Source: Ignavibacteriales bacterium (GTDB lineage: Bacteria; Bacteroidota; Ignavibacteria; Ignavibacteriales; Ignavibacteriaceae). Taken from it: a stretch of DNA of 59,632 bases. The translations under genes and the position numbers were made by a program. Below, piece by piece: positions 49,932-59,632 of this stretch (position 1 is its first letter; the number at the start of each line of letters is the position of its first letter). A model generated the notes under the pieces. It saw nothing but the letters and a program-made list of their open reading frames with translations, ran no database searches and was not told where the DNA came from. The stretch is from the NCBI GenBank assembly GCA_016182615.1, contig JACPGF010000149.1, positions 1 to 59,632 of the forward strand, given 5' to 3'.

Positions 49932-51924
49932 TCATTTTTGTTTATCGAACACGATTGCAGACATATTCATTTTATAGCTGCCATAAATAAGGTTATAGAG
50001 CAGGGATATTTGATTTTTTTCTCCTTCACTTTTCAACAGTTGAGTAGTTTGCTTTATATTCACCCCGTTTGGTATGGAAGATGAATGCTCTATATTCGAA
50101 CCAAATTTGTTTTCAATGATGGTGTCTTTCAGCTGTGTCTGTATTTTCCAATTCCCCGGAAAAGTAATACTCGTTTCTTTTGTAAATATTTCGCGGCTTT
50201 TAATCTTTATTGGGTTAATCCGTTCAACAGTATCAACCTTCTGTGAATACAGATTAACCGGGCTTAATAAACCACCAGTCTGAAAAATGACTTCTTCGGG
50301 TGTTATAGTTACCAAATCATCAACATTATAATTTAATTCAATTATAAAGTCCTTATCAAGATCGGTCAAGTTCTTAATATCATAATGTAATGAGGAAATT
50401 GATATATCCTGTGAAAGGAAGTTCTTACGTATGATTTTTTCTGTTTCTTCCATTTTACTGTCGCTGAACAAAACCCTGTTGGTATAAGCAGGAATTCCAT
50501 GATAGGATTTTATTTCTTTCACTAAAATTTTCCCGTTTTCATCAATATTCAAATTTATTTTAGTATCCGTGGAATCTGTTGAATTGTGAAGATCGGGAAT
50601 TGTCCAGAATTTGCCATTCGTAAGCGCATCATTCGAAATCATTAAGGCAGTCTCATTATTCATTTCTTCCGGGATCTGTCCAACCGGCATATATTTGAGA
50701 TGCGGAAATATAACATACGTATCTTGCCCCATATTTATTTTCAGCGCCGGCACATCAAATTGATGGACTGAAATATATTTAGGATCGAAATAGCCATTGG
50801 AGGCTGAATGTATCAATAAATATTCAGTTTTTATATCGCATTTTTTGAGCATGTAGTATGCAAGCCCGCAAAGCTCATAGGGATTAGCAATTTTTTTGGA
50901 AAGAATATCGGAAAAGTCACGTTCATTATAATCATTGATTATTTTGATGTTTTGTTGGAGAAATGAAAGAATGTTCTTCATTTTCGTAAGGGGGGGGCAT
51001 CTCATTGTTGGTAAGTTCTCTTGTTTTTATGCCAACTGCCGTTGAAAAAAAACCGTCCTTATCCATGACGTATTTTTTAAATTGTGAAGACAAGTTCGGC
51101 CATGTGGTAAAATCGTAAAAACTTGGTGTTAGTTCTAAACCTACAACCCGTAATTGTATATAGGGCGAAATTTCACGGTAATAGGGGGCAAAGGGTTCCA
51201 GCTTTCTTTCCGGGAACATAGTCCCTTTGAAAGTAAAACTCTGTTTGTGGTTCTGTTCATTTAATTCTCTATTGAGCGGAGCTTGCACTGTTTTTGAAAC
51301 ATTTTTAGATTGGATATTCCACCAATCGGGGAATAAAAAACTAATTTGAACATTTTCTGCCGGATTGTTTTTTAAAACATTCAGGTCATATTCCATTAGC
51401 GGTAATTTCCTCGAGACGTGAAAGGTTCTATCAAATCCCTGATCCACATAGGTGCCTTTTTCTGTTCCCGGGATGTTAAGTTTTAATATTCTGTTCCCGT
51501 TATTATCGCTGCTTTCACTAAAGTGTTTTTTTTCAAACCGCTGTATCTTCCCTGAGGGAGATTTTGTCACAACATATATGTTATTGAGTACATCGTCAGG
51601 CCCAATATGAAGGCTAACCAAGGAAGCATCTTTGTCGTCGGGATCTAAAACAATGTATTTTAAATAGGAGATGGTATGGTATTTCCAATTTGTAATATCC
51701 CCCATCTGTTTCGTTGCAGAATGTTCAAAAATTGCTGAAGCATCTAAAAATACACCAGGCTGAGCAGGGTATTTTTTTTCGTATTCCGTGATATCAAATT
51801 TTAAAGATCCTAAAACCGAATCAGATGGCGCAGCAATATGTTTAGTGACTCGGGGGGAAAAGGTACATGAAGCAAGCAACCAAATGAGTAGTAAACAACT
51901 AACGGGTAATAGTTTTTTGAGCAT
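49932..51924 (-). pseudogene. DUF3857/transglutaminase-like lipoprotein split by frameshift at G8 tract (50990-50997)
   Basis: Lipobox LLASC; ORFs 50932-51924 and 49932-51005 join as ..EMPPLTKMKNIL.. if one base of the tract is removed. Confidence 0.75.
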
Positions 51925-53779
51925 TGTTTTCTCCTAACAAAAACATATTCGATTTGTTTTTTAAATAGTTCTCATAAAAATTCAGAAAACCTGTTTTAGA
52001 ATAACCTTCAACAATCCGGTTATATTGAGATATCTTGTAAGACAGTTTAATTGTATTGGGAGCAGCCTGCACAGCTTGAGCTGTTAGTCCAAGCGAATCA
52101 AGATCTCCGATTTTCAATTCCTGTGCTTCCGTGTGTAAACCGGTTCCTTGCAAGTCTATTATTAACGAACCATTGTATCTCCCTAAAAATACAATTGGAT
52201 ATTTGTCTGTTTTGCGATTGAGGATATCTGCATTCCATAAACTAAATGCTGTTTGCGGGGCAAAATGGCTTTTAGAAGTTGAAATAATAAATGCTGATAA
52301 ATCAAATTTCGCAGTAAGCACTATTGAATCTTCATTGGAAGAGATTTCTTTAATGTCAATAATACGTACTTTGTTCAATCCGTTAGTTAAATATCTGGAC
52401 AGTGTGTTTTCAAACAATGAGCCCGTCTGTTGCTTTTTTAATGAATTATAGGCAATTATTTCTTGCCTGGTCAGTATAATATTTCCAGTTCCAAACCGTA
52501 AAGAATCCATTTTCGCGGTAATATAAAAAACGACACTGGGTTTGGGTGACGTTTCTTGTAAGGTAACCCATCGCGGGTTCTCCGGATCAAGTACAAGCAC
52601 ATTCTCATCAATTTCCATTTCAGGAAGAATGCCGAAAGGGCAGTTTTTTGAGGTGGCATCAAAAAAAACGGTCTCAGATGAACTCGCATAAACATTGAGA
52701 ACATGGTTAAATTTCCAAGGGTAGGTATGGCCTGATTTAATGGACTCGTTATCCGGGAACAGAACATAATATACTGGTAGAGAGTGCTCGGCAGCAATAG
52801 CCATTATCAGTGTGGCTCTCTCCTTACAATCTGCAAATTTACTAGCCAGTATTTCGGAAGGTTTTCTGGGAACAAGCCCTGAGAATTTCTTTTTTTCAAA
52901 AGCATAACGGAAATTCAAACGGACATAATCATAGATTATTTTTATCTTGCTTAAATCATTGCTTTGTTGCCGTATGGTATCATAAAGTATTTTTTTGTCT
53001 GCTGAATCAAGGCGCGGCTGCAAAGGTGTTAAGCCTGCATACCATTCTGTAATCCCCCTCGGGGTTACTGGTAAAATTTCCTTACCATTTTTCTTTAAAG
53101 AGAAAACAATCTCACCGGAAGAGTTATTTGCATTATAATGATCGAGGCTTGTTTCATATTGAATATTTTTAACCATGAGCACTGTTTTTTCAGAATCGCT
53201 GCTATCAATCGTGTAAGCAATATCCGATCGTGACGGAATAATGGTAAATGCAACTTTAACACTGTCTGAATGGTAAATACTAACTTTGAAAGAAACAATT
53301 GAGTCGATTTTTGGGATTGTAATGCTGCTAAAAAATTTTTCGCTGACGTAATCAGTCTGGTAGGCATAACGGAATTTGTCACCAATTTTTGGGGCTCTCG
53401 CTAGTTCAATACGGTAAATGATATCATCGGTGATAAAATCATCTGCTTCAGAAGGCGAGTCATATTTAACATCAGATAGATCATAATTATTTTCATCAAA
53501 AACGTAATTAATTTTTGAAATTTTACTTATATATGACGATGGAATAGTATAACTCATTTTATCTGTTGAGCGTTTTGATATATAGTCTACTTCATTTCTG
53601 GTAATTGAAGTAACTCTAAATTCGTTTTGCTTGGGTTCGGCGATAGTAATATCAATGCAGGATTTATACAAAAAATCGGGGGACTGAGAAAAGGACAATT
53701 TAGTGAAGAAGGCAAATAGTACGAAAGTAAAAAGCACTCGTATCTTTTCTGATTCTTTAAAAGGAATACTCACAAACAA
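51899..53779 (-). CDS. DUF3857 / transglutaminase-like domain protein
   Basis: KIKIIYDYVR, FADCKERA (Cys), FNHVL (His), FFDAT (Asp); N-terminal hydrophobic signal; exact start uncertain. Confidence 0.8.
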   Translation of the reverse strand: MFVSIPFKESEKIRVLFTFVLFAFFTKLSFSQSPDFLYKSCIDITIAEPKQNEFRVTSITRNEVDYISKRSTDKMSYTIPSSYISKISKINYVFDENNYDLSDVKYDSPSEADDFITDDIIYRIELARAPKIGDKFRYAYQTDYVSEKFFSSITIPKIDSIVSFKVSIYHSDSVKVAFTIIPSRSDIAYTIDSSDSEKTVLMVKNIQYETSLDHYNANNSSGEIVFSLKKNGKEILPVTPRGITEWYAGLTPLQPRLDSADKKILYDTIRQQSNDLSKIKIIYDYVRLNFRYAFEKKKFSGLVPRKPSEILASKFADCKERATLIMAIAAEHSLPVYYVLFPDNESIKSGHTYPWKFNHVLNVYASSSETVFFDATSKNCPFGILPEMEIDENVLVLDPENPRWVTLQETSPKPSVVFYITAKMDSLRFGTGNIILTRQEIIAYNSLKKQQTGSLFENTLSRYLTNGLNKVRIIDIKEISSNEDSIVLTAKFDLSAFIISTSKSHFAPQTAFSLWNADILNRKTDKYPIVFLGRYNGSLIIDLQGTGLHTEAQELKIGDLDSLGLTAQAVQAAPNTIKLSYKISQYNRIVEGYSKTGFLNFYENYLKNKSNMFLLGENNAQKTITR

Positions 53780-54470
53780 CTCAGTTTTCTTTTCATGCAG
53801 TAGTTAATTCCACATTGGGTGGATACAAATTTACAAATAATAGTCTGAAAACAAAACAGATTGCTCTTTGAAACAATGAATTATTAAAAACAGATGAACC
53901 CTGAACTGTGCCTGCAAAACTTCTGACAAATTTGGATTAGCAAAAAACAGGATATGAGTTAAAGAAATAAAGCATTTTGAGTATTTCCGCACGCTAAGGC
54001 AAAAAACAGATATAAGATGCTCAGTCTATGAACTCTGAAAAACCGCGTCTTGGGCATGAGTTGTTAACATAATAAAGACTGCCAACATTACAATAAAAGA
54101 AGAAAAACACAATCCGATGTTCATATAAAAACCTGTGCCCTCAATTCTCTATCAGAAAACCGATAAATGCATAGTAAACAAAAACAAATAACACCGTTTC
54201 TTTGCACCCGAAATACCTCCCATTCGATGTACAGAGAAGATAGTTGGAATATATAGAAAAATTTATTTCGCTCTTTGCTATTCCATTAATTCTAAAGGAA
54301 TAAATTCTAAAAATCGATAGCAGTTTTCTGATGTAATAACCAGTCAGCACAGAAAGGGACAAAATGTTCAAAATAATCACCCGGATCCCACGTACTAAAC
54401 AGCCGAAGATAGAATTCTATTATATAATAGCCGGAACCGGTTGAGCTAATTTACTGTCACTGCAAAAAAA

Positions 54471-54887
54471 TTACCTCTGCTTTCGCATCCTTTTTGCAGC
54501 CTCGTGTTCTTCATCAAGCATTATTGCCTCGCAAAGCAGGGCAATAATTATCTCTTCATCAATCTGTTCAACGGAGGTAATTTCTTTCCAGTAAATTTGT
54601 TTCCGGGTGCCTTTATCAAGGTAACCGTACTCATCGATAAGTAAATACCCTTTGGCAAAACCCAATCGTACTCCTTTTTGCTTCGAGTTACCCCATTGTA
54701 CCGAAGGAGGCCAGATAAAACAAACCGTGTTATGCAAACTGAAGTAGGGGACATTGTACGACAGCTTTTCGGTGCAGTGCGGCATACATGTATGTATTAT
54801 GTTCCGCAATTTCTGTACAATGAGGCTTTCTGCCTCGGGAATGAAATTATAAAACTCAGCCAAATTCCCGAAGTTGACATTTTGCAT
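54471..54887 (-). CDS. DUF1801 (YdhG-like) protein
   Basis: LRNIIHTCMP..EKLSYNVPYF..VCFIW..LGFAKG; ATG at 54887 preferred over the longer ORF. Confidence 0.8.
   Translation of the reverse strand: MQNVNFGNLAEFYNFIPEAESLIVQKLRNIIHTCMPHCTEKLSYNVPYFSLHNTVCFIWPPSVQWGNSKQKGVRLGFAKGYLLIDEYGYLDKGTRKQIYWKEITSVEQIDEEIIIALLCEAIMLDEEHEAAKRMRKQR
54511..54607. repeat. 97-bp direct repeat, copy 2
   Basis: Identical to 49677-49773. Confidence 0.95.
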
Positions 54888-55429
54888 GCTTTTACTTTTT
54901 TTCACGGTCAATCTATTCTTTCTGTTTGTGCAATTTGATTTTATAAGATAGAAAACATGCAAAAGTAATACAATAATCCGGATTAAAAACCATGATAAAC
55001 TGCTTGTACATGATAGGAAAAATGGTGCGGTTAATCGTGTAAAACTTGCAAAAAATTGCTCCGGCAAAAAAATAAAAGTACGTAAGAAAAAATATGCAGG
55101 TTTTACAACAGCAAACAACACGTATCTTTGAGCAAAAAAAGTTTTTACACGCGGTAAAACGTAAAATATTTTTTAACAACGTTATAAGCATGTAAAATTT
55201 TCTTTTAACCTGCCAATTGCTATGTATGTATAGTTTATCCGCTTATAAAGCGGATAGAAAGTATATAACCGGTTTGCAGCCGGATATATTTTTAAAAAAT
55301 TTAAAAAAATATTCCCTGTATTTTTCTGATTAATGAAAAAATATTTTTTGAAATGTTGCATATTAACAAAACATCATTTATATATGTATTATATTTGCAA
55401 AAAATAATTTATTTATTAGAAAAATTTGT

Positions 55430-56503
55430 TTGATTAGCGACCGTTTAAATGTAGTAATAACCTTCAACGCGAAACCGGAAAACAACTCTTCCGCCGCATC
55501 GTTGTCCCCTGAAGTTCCTCATCAAGAATCTCCTGCTCCCTCTACACTGTATGATGACCAATTTGCAGAGTGGGACTCGTGGGAAACCATACATGCAGTT
55601 GAAGCTGCACTCGCTACAAAACATCATGTACAGCTTGTAGAAGCGACTCCCGCTGCACTGCAAACATTAATTGATAAAAAACCCGACATCGTTTTTAATA
55701 TTGCCGAAGGATATCATGGTATAAGCCGCGAGGCACAGGTGCCCGCGCTGCTTGATATGCTTAATATCCCTTATTCGGGGTCAGACCCGTTAACTTTATC
55801 AATTTGTTTGGACAAAGCCCGCACGAAAGAAATTTTAAGTTTTCACAACATACCCAATGCGCGGTTTATCAATGCTTATTCGGCTGCAGATGTTGCAAAT
55901 CATCAACTTCAGTACCCTCTTATCGTAAAACCGGTTGGTGAAGGTTCCGGCAAAGGTATATTTGCCTCGTCATACGTTGAAGACGAACAGTCTCTGCTGC
56001 GTGAGGTTGAACGGATTACTACAGAGTACAAACAGCCCGCGCTGGTTGAAGAATTTTTAAGCGGCCGCGAGTTTACCGTGGCAGTAATGGGTAACGGCAA
56101 AACGGCAAAAGTCCTGCCCATCATCGAAATTTCATTTGCCGGTCTGCCTGAAGGCACAGTGCCAATGTACTCGTACGAGACTAAATGGGTATATGATACA
56201 AAAGACAATGATTTGGATATTCACCATTGCCCCGCCCCGGTTAGCGATGAACTTGAAAAACGGATAAGTGAAATTTGCCTTGCCGCGTACAATGTTTTAC
56301 GGTGCCGTGACTGGAGCCGTATTGATGTCCGGTGCGATAAAGACGGTAACCCGCATATTATCGAGATAAACCCGCTGCCGGGCATATTACCCGACCCCGC
56401 GGATAACTCGTGCTACCCGAAAGCCGCCCGCACAGCCGGATATTCTTATAATGATATGCTGCTCTCGGTGCTTGATGCCGCCCGTGAAAGATACGGCCTA
56501 TGA
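55430..56503 (+). CDS. D-Ala-D-Ala ligase-like ATP-grasp enzyme 1
   Basis: FNIAEG, LDKARTK, IVKPVGEGSGKGI, EEFLSGREFTV, RIDVR, EINPLPG. Confidence 0.88.
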   Translation: MISDRLNVVITFNAKPENNSSAASLSPEVPHQESPAPSTLYDDQFAEWDSWETIHAVEAALATKHHVQLVEATPAALQTLIDKKPDIVFNIAEGYHGISREAQVPALLDMLNIPYSGSDPLTLSICLDKARTKEILSFHNIPNARFINAYSAADVANHQLQYPLIVKPVGEGSGKGIFASSYVEDEQSLLREVERITTEYKQPALVEEFLSGREFTVAVMGNGKTAKVLPIIEISFAGLPEGTVPMYSYETKWVYDTKDNDLDIHHCPAPVSDELEKRISEICLAAYNVLRCRDWSRIDVRCDKDGNPHIIEINPLPGILPDPADNSCYPKAARTAGYSYNDMLLSVLDAARERYGL

Positions 56504-57537
56504 AACCTGAACCGCTTAACGTGCTGCTCTGCTATAACTCGCCTGTTACCCTTTACACTAATTACTCCGGTAAAGAGCGTGAAGATAACTCCATTCCGGA
56601 TGACAATTCAGAGACATGGTTTGAACACGGTATGCAGGAAATGGTATCGGTACTGCGGGAGCATTTTAGCAATGTAACCACTACCACCATCAATGGCAAT
56701 GTTTACGAGTCTATCGACAAGTTACGTTCATTAAAGCCCGATGTTATTTTCAATCTGGTTGAAAGCATCGAGGGAAACACTGAATTTGAAGCCTACCACG
56801 AGGGTTTGTATGAACTGATGCAGGTGCGGTACACGGGTAATATCCCTGTCTGCACGGCAAACTGTTTGAACAAATTCCGTGCGAAGCAATTATTAAAAGC
56901 ATACGGCCTGCCGGTTCCCGGAGCTGCCGTCTGGAACACTGGAATGAAGCCCGAACATTGTATGAAGGGGCTGCAATTTCCGGTTATTACAAAATTATTA
57001 ACAGAAGACGCGAGTATTGGCATTAGCGAACAAAGTGTTGTGCATGATATGGAAGCCCTTGAAACACAGTGCGCATTTCTTGCAGAGCATTTTCATCAGC
57101 CGGTGCTGATTGAAGAGTACATAGAGGGGCGGGAGTTTAATATTGCTGTACTGGGCAAACAGGTTTTGCCCGTTAGTGAAATATGTTTTGACGGTCTTCC
57201 GGAAAATTTTCCAAAAATTGTAACGTATGAAGGAAAATGGATGGAAGACAGTGTGTATTATCGTCATACGGTTCCGCAATGCCCGGCAAACATTACCGTT
57301 GAGCTGCGTGAAAAGCTGCAAGCTTTAGCACGCCACGCTTACGAGGTGATGCAATGCCGCGACTATGCCCGGATTGATGTCCGGACAGATAAGCATGACG
57401 CACCGTATGTTATAGAAGTTAACCCTAATCCCGATTTATCCTCGGACGCGGGGTTCGCGCGGGCTGCAAAAGCGGCTGGCTTAAGTTACTCTCAATTGCT
57501 TAAAACCATTGTGGATTTTGCACGTGAACGTAACTGA
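56500..57537 (+). CDS. D-Ala-D-Ala ligase-like ATP-grasp enzyme 2
   Basis: FNLVES, EDASIGI, EEYIEGREFN, YARIDVR, EVNPNPD; ATGA overlap. Confidence 0.88.
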   Translation: MKPEPLNVLLCYNSPVTLYTNYSGKEREDNSIPDDNSETWFEHGMQEMVSVLREHFSNVTTTTINGNVYESIDKLRSLKPDVIFNLVESIEGNTEFEAYHEGLYELMQVRYTGNIPVCTANCLNKFRAKQLLKAYGLPVPGAAVWNTGMKPEHCMKGLQFPVITKLLTEDASIGISEQSVVHDMEALETQCAFLAEHFHQPVLIEEYIEGREFNIAVLGKQVLPVSEICFDGLPENFPKIVTYEGKWMEDSVYYRHTVPQCPANITVELREKLQALARHAYEVMQCRDYARIDVRTDKHDAPYVIEVNPNPDLSSDAGFARAAKAAGLSYSQLLKTIVDFARERN

Positions 57538-58012
57538 ACCTATCCGTTTATTGCAGGCGGAAGACCGCCCGGCAATTGTTGAGATGCTGCAAAAAACAGA
57601 AATCTTTTATGGCGAAGAAGTAGCAATAGCCTTAGAGCTTATTGATACTGCACTTGCCCTGCCGGGTCAGGAAGATTATTACATCTACGTGTATGAGCAC
57701 GAAGGCAAAGCCGCAGGTTATCATTGCACGGGCAGGCGCCCGTTAACCGATGGCGTTTTCGACTTGTACTGGATTGTTGTTGATCCTGCAGGGACAGGCG
57801 GCGGTTTTGGTTCAGCTTTGCTGAAACATGCCGAGGCTCTCGTGCAATCCAAAGGCGGCAGATGGATACTTGCTGAGACTTCTTCGCGCAAACAATACGA
57901 TAAAACACGGAATTTTTATAAAAAGCATAACTATCAGATTCTGGCACACATCCCCGATTTTTATAAAATGGGTGATGGCATGGTAGTGTACGGCAAGAAT
58001 TTTACGGAATAA
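57524..58012 (+). CDS. GNAT acetyltransferase
   Basis: DLYWIVVDPAGTGGGFGSALL, ETSS, TRNFYKKHNY; probable GTG start overlapping the upstream gene. Confidence 0.87.
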   Translation: MNVTEPIRLLQAEDRPAIVEMLQKTEIFYGEEVAIALELIDTALALPGQEDYYIYVYEHEGKAAGYHCTGRRPLTDGVFDLYWIVVDPAGTGGGFGSALLKHAEALVQSKGGRWILAETSSRKQYDKTRNFYKKHNYQILAHIPDFYKMGDGMVVYGKNFTE

Positions 58013-58024
58013 ACAGGAACATCT

Positions 58025-59212
58025 ATGGAACTCTGGCAACAGATGATTCGAGACAGTGTGCACACTGTCGATCAGCTTGTAGAAAATTTCGGTATGGACC
58101 GGAATGAGGCTGAAAAACTGAATGAGTTTTTTCAGGTACGGATTAATCCGTACTACCTGAAACTTATCAGATACAAGGGCGATCCGATCTGGCAGCAATG
58201 CGTGCCGGATATTCAAGAGTTGGAGGACATTGATGCTCCAGAGGATCCATTGAATGAAGATGCGATGAGCCCTGTTCCAAACATTACCCACCGGTACCCT
58301 GACCGTGCACTATTCTTAACCACAAGCCAGTGTGGTTTATACTGCCGTTTCTGTACCCGTAAACGTAAAGTGGGCAATTCCGAAAAAATTTCGATGAAAG
58401 GCCTTGAAGCCGCATTTACCTATCTTGAGCAGCATACGGAAATCCGTGATGTTATCATGTCCGGCGGCGATCCGCTGATGCTCACCGATACCATGCTCGA
58501 GAAAATCATCAAACGGCTGCGCCAGATACCACATATTGAAATTATCCGCCTTGGCACCAAGATGCCCTGCGTTCTGCCGCAGCGTATTACCCAGAAATTG
58601 GTTGATATGCTGAAGAAATATCACCCGATTTACGTTAACACGCATTTTAACCATCCCTGGGAGATAACCGAGGAAAGCTCCCGTGCCTGCGCTTTGCTTG
58701 CCGATAACGGCATTCCCGTGGGCAACCAGATGGTGCTGATGAAAGGGGTTAACGATGACCACGTGGTTGTTAAAGACTTGATGCAGAAACTCCTTAAAAT
58801 ACGCGTACGGCCCTATTACATCTATATGGCAGACGAAACCAAGGGTGCGAACCATTTTAGGACAACAGTAGCCAAAGGGCTTGAAATTATAGAACATTTA
58901 CGCGGATGGACCAGCGGGCTTGCCGTTCCCCATTTTGTGATTGATGCACCCGGCGGCGGCGGAAAAATTCCATTGCTGCCCAATTATGTTTTGCACATGG
59001 ATGACCAGAAAATTGTTCTGCGTAACTTCCAGAATAAAATTTACACGTACCGTAACGGTACTCCCCACCCGAAAATTATGCCGGTTATCTTTAACAAAAA
59101 GCGCATAGAGCGCAAGCGTGAGCTTGCCCGAAAACTGCTTGAGGTAAATACTACCGGAAAAACCAGAAAAATTACACTTCCCGTACAGGAAGTTGTTGAG
59201 GAGAAGGTTTAA
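58025..59212 (+). CDS. KamA-family (lysine 2,3-aminomutase-like) radical SAM/PLP enzyme
   Basis: THRYPDR, CGLYCRFCTRKR, SGGDPL, HFNHP, RPYY, DAPGGGGKIP (PLP Lys). Confidence 0.92.
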   Translation: MELWQQMIRDSVHTVDQLVENFGMDRNEAEKLNEFFQVRINPYYLKLIRYKGDPIWQQCVPDIQELEDIDAPEDPLNEDAMSPVPNITHRYPDRALFLTTSQCGLYCRFCTRKRKVGNSEKISMKGLEAAFTYLEQHTEIRDVIMSGGDPLMLTDTMLEKIIKRLRQIPHIEIIRLGTKMPCVLPQRITQKLVDMLKKYHPIYVNTHFNHPWEITEESSRACALLADNGIPVGNQMVLMKGVNDDHVVVKDLMQKLLKIRVRPYYIYMADETKGANHFRTTVAKGLEIIEHLRGWTSGLAVPHFVIDAPGGGGKIPLLPNYVLHMDDQKIVLRNFQNKIYTYRNGTPHPKIMPVIFNKKRIERKRELARKLLEVNTTGKTRKITLPVQEVVEEKV

Positions 59213-59492
59213 GCAGAGTTTCATCTCATCCCCGGAAGGTAATTCCGGGGCAGGGATACAATAAAACATAGCCCGAAAGCATCACGTCACCATTTTGCAG
59301 CCAAAAGATTTGAACAAAATACAGCATCCGGCAAAGTTGATAATTTGCTGCAAACAGGAAAATTTTCTTTTTAAGCACCAGATCATACTCCTCTTTTAAT
59401 TATCCTGCAATTACTAATTGTACTTGGGTTGCAGTCGGGTAGTTTTCGCACCTTTCATTCGATAAAAAAAACTCAAAAGCCCCCCTCCTTGA

Positions 59493-59632
59493 GAGGCTGT
59501 GTTAAAACTCTGAACAAATACAGGTCTCCCTTTAAAAACGAGGTGTTTTTTTTCGATTTTTCCAGACTGCTTTTACCGATTATTCTTTTTTACTGTTTCA
59601 TCTTTTTATTTTCTGCTTTTTAGAGCTTTTTC
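59493..59632. mobile_element. End of an IS1182-like element or second MITE, running off the window
   Basis: Starts GAGGCTGTGTTAAAACTC, identical to the left end of the MITE at 43590; preceded by a half-hairpin AAAAGCCCCCCTCC. Confidence 0.65.

Noticed and set aside
53800..54420. Hydrophobic ORF 54141-54380 and adjacent broken frames
   Set aside because: Possibly an eroded membrane-protein gene, but no RBS or motif to support a call
55430..57537. Calling the ATP-grasp genes ddl/van, or the KamA gene epmB
   Set aside because: No GGxSxE Ddl N-terminus and no cell-wall or efp/epmA context
1..59632. CRISPR array, tRNA, rRNA or tmRNA
   Set aside because: No regularly spaced 25-45 bp repeats, cloverleaf/T-loop signatures or rRNA-like blocks found by eye

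Overview
Bacterial chromosomal window, probably Ignavibacteriota/FCB group. This is inferred from the 'QNYPNPFNPST' C-terminal secretion domains and the gene content. Housekeeping genes are tig-clpP, trmB, rmuC, a complete attenuated trp operon (trpL-E-G-D-C-F-aroF-B-A), queC, prfA and fbaB. Accessory material: (1) an AT-rich defence islet at 11.5-17.8 kb with an Avs2-like STAND NTPase followed by a coupled triad resembling a toxin-antitoxin-chaperone (TAC) system, bounded by a MITE-like element and a decayed kdsA; (2) a LOV-containing hybrid histidine kinase; (3) a soluble chemoreceptor whose sensor is an [FeFe]-hydrogenase-like H-cluster domain; (4) a DUF3857/transglutaminase islet bracketed by a 97-bp perfect direct repeat, with one gene split at a G8 tract; (5) an operon of two ATP-grasp ligases, a GNAT and a KamA-like aminomutase; (6) a decayed IS1634-like element, IS1182-type ends including a 98-bp MITE, GTAG REPs, and heptamer arrays oriented relative to genes. 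All family calls come from motif recognition only; no searches were run.
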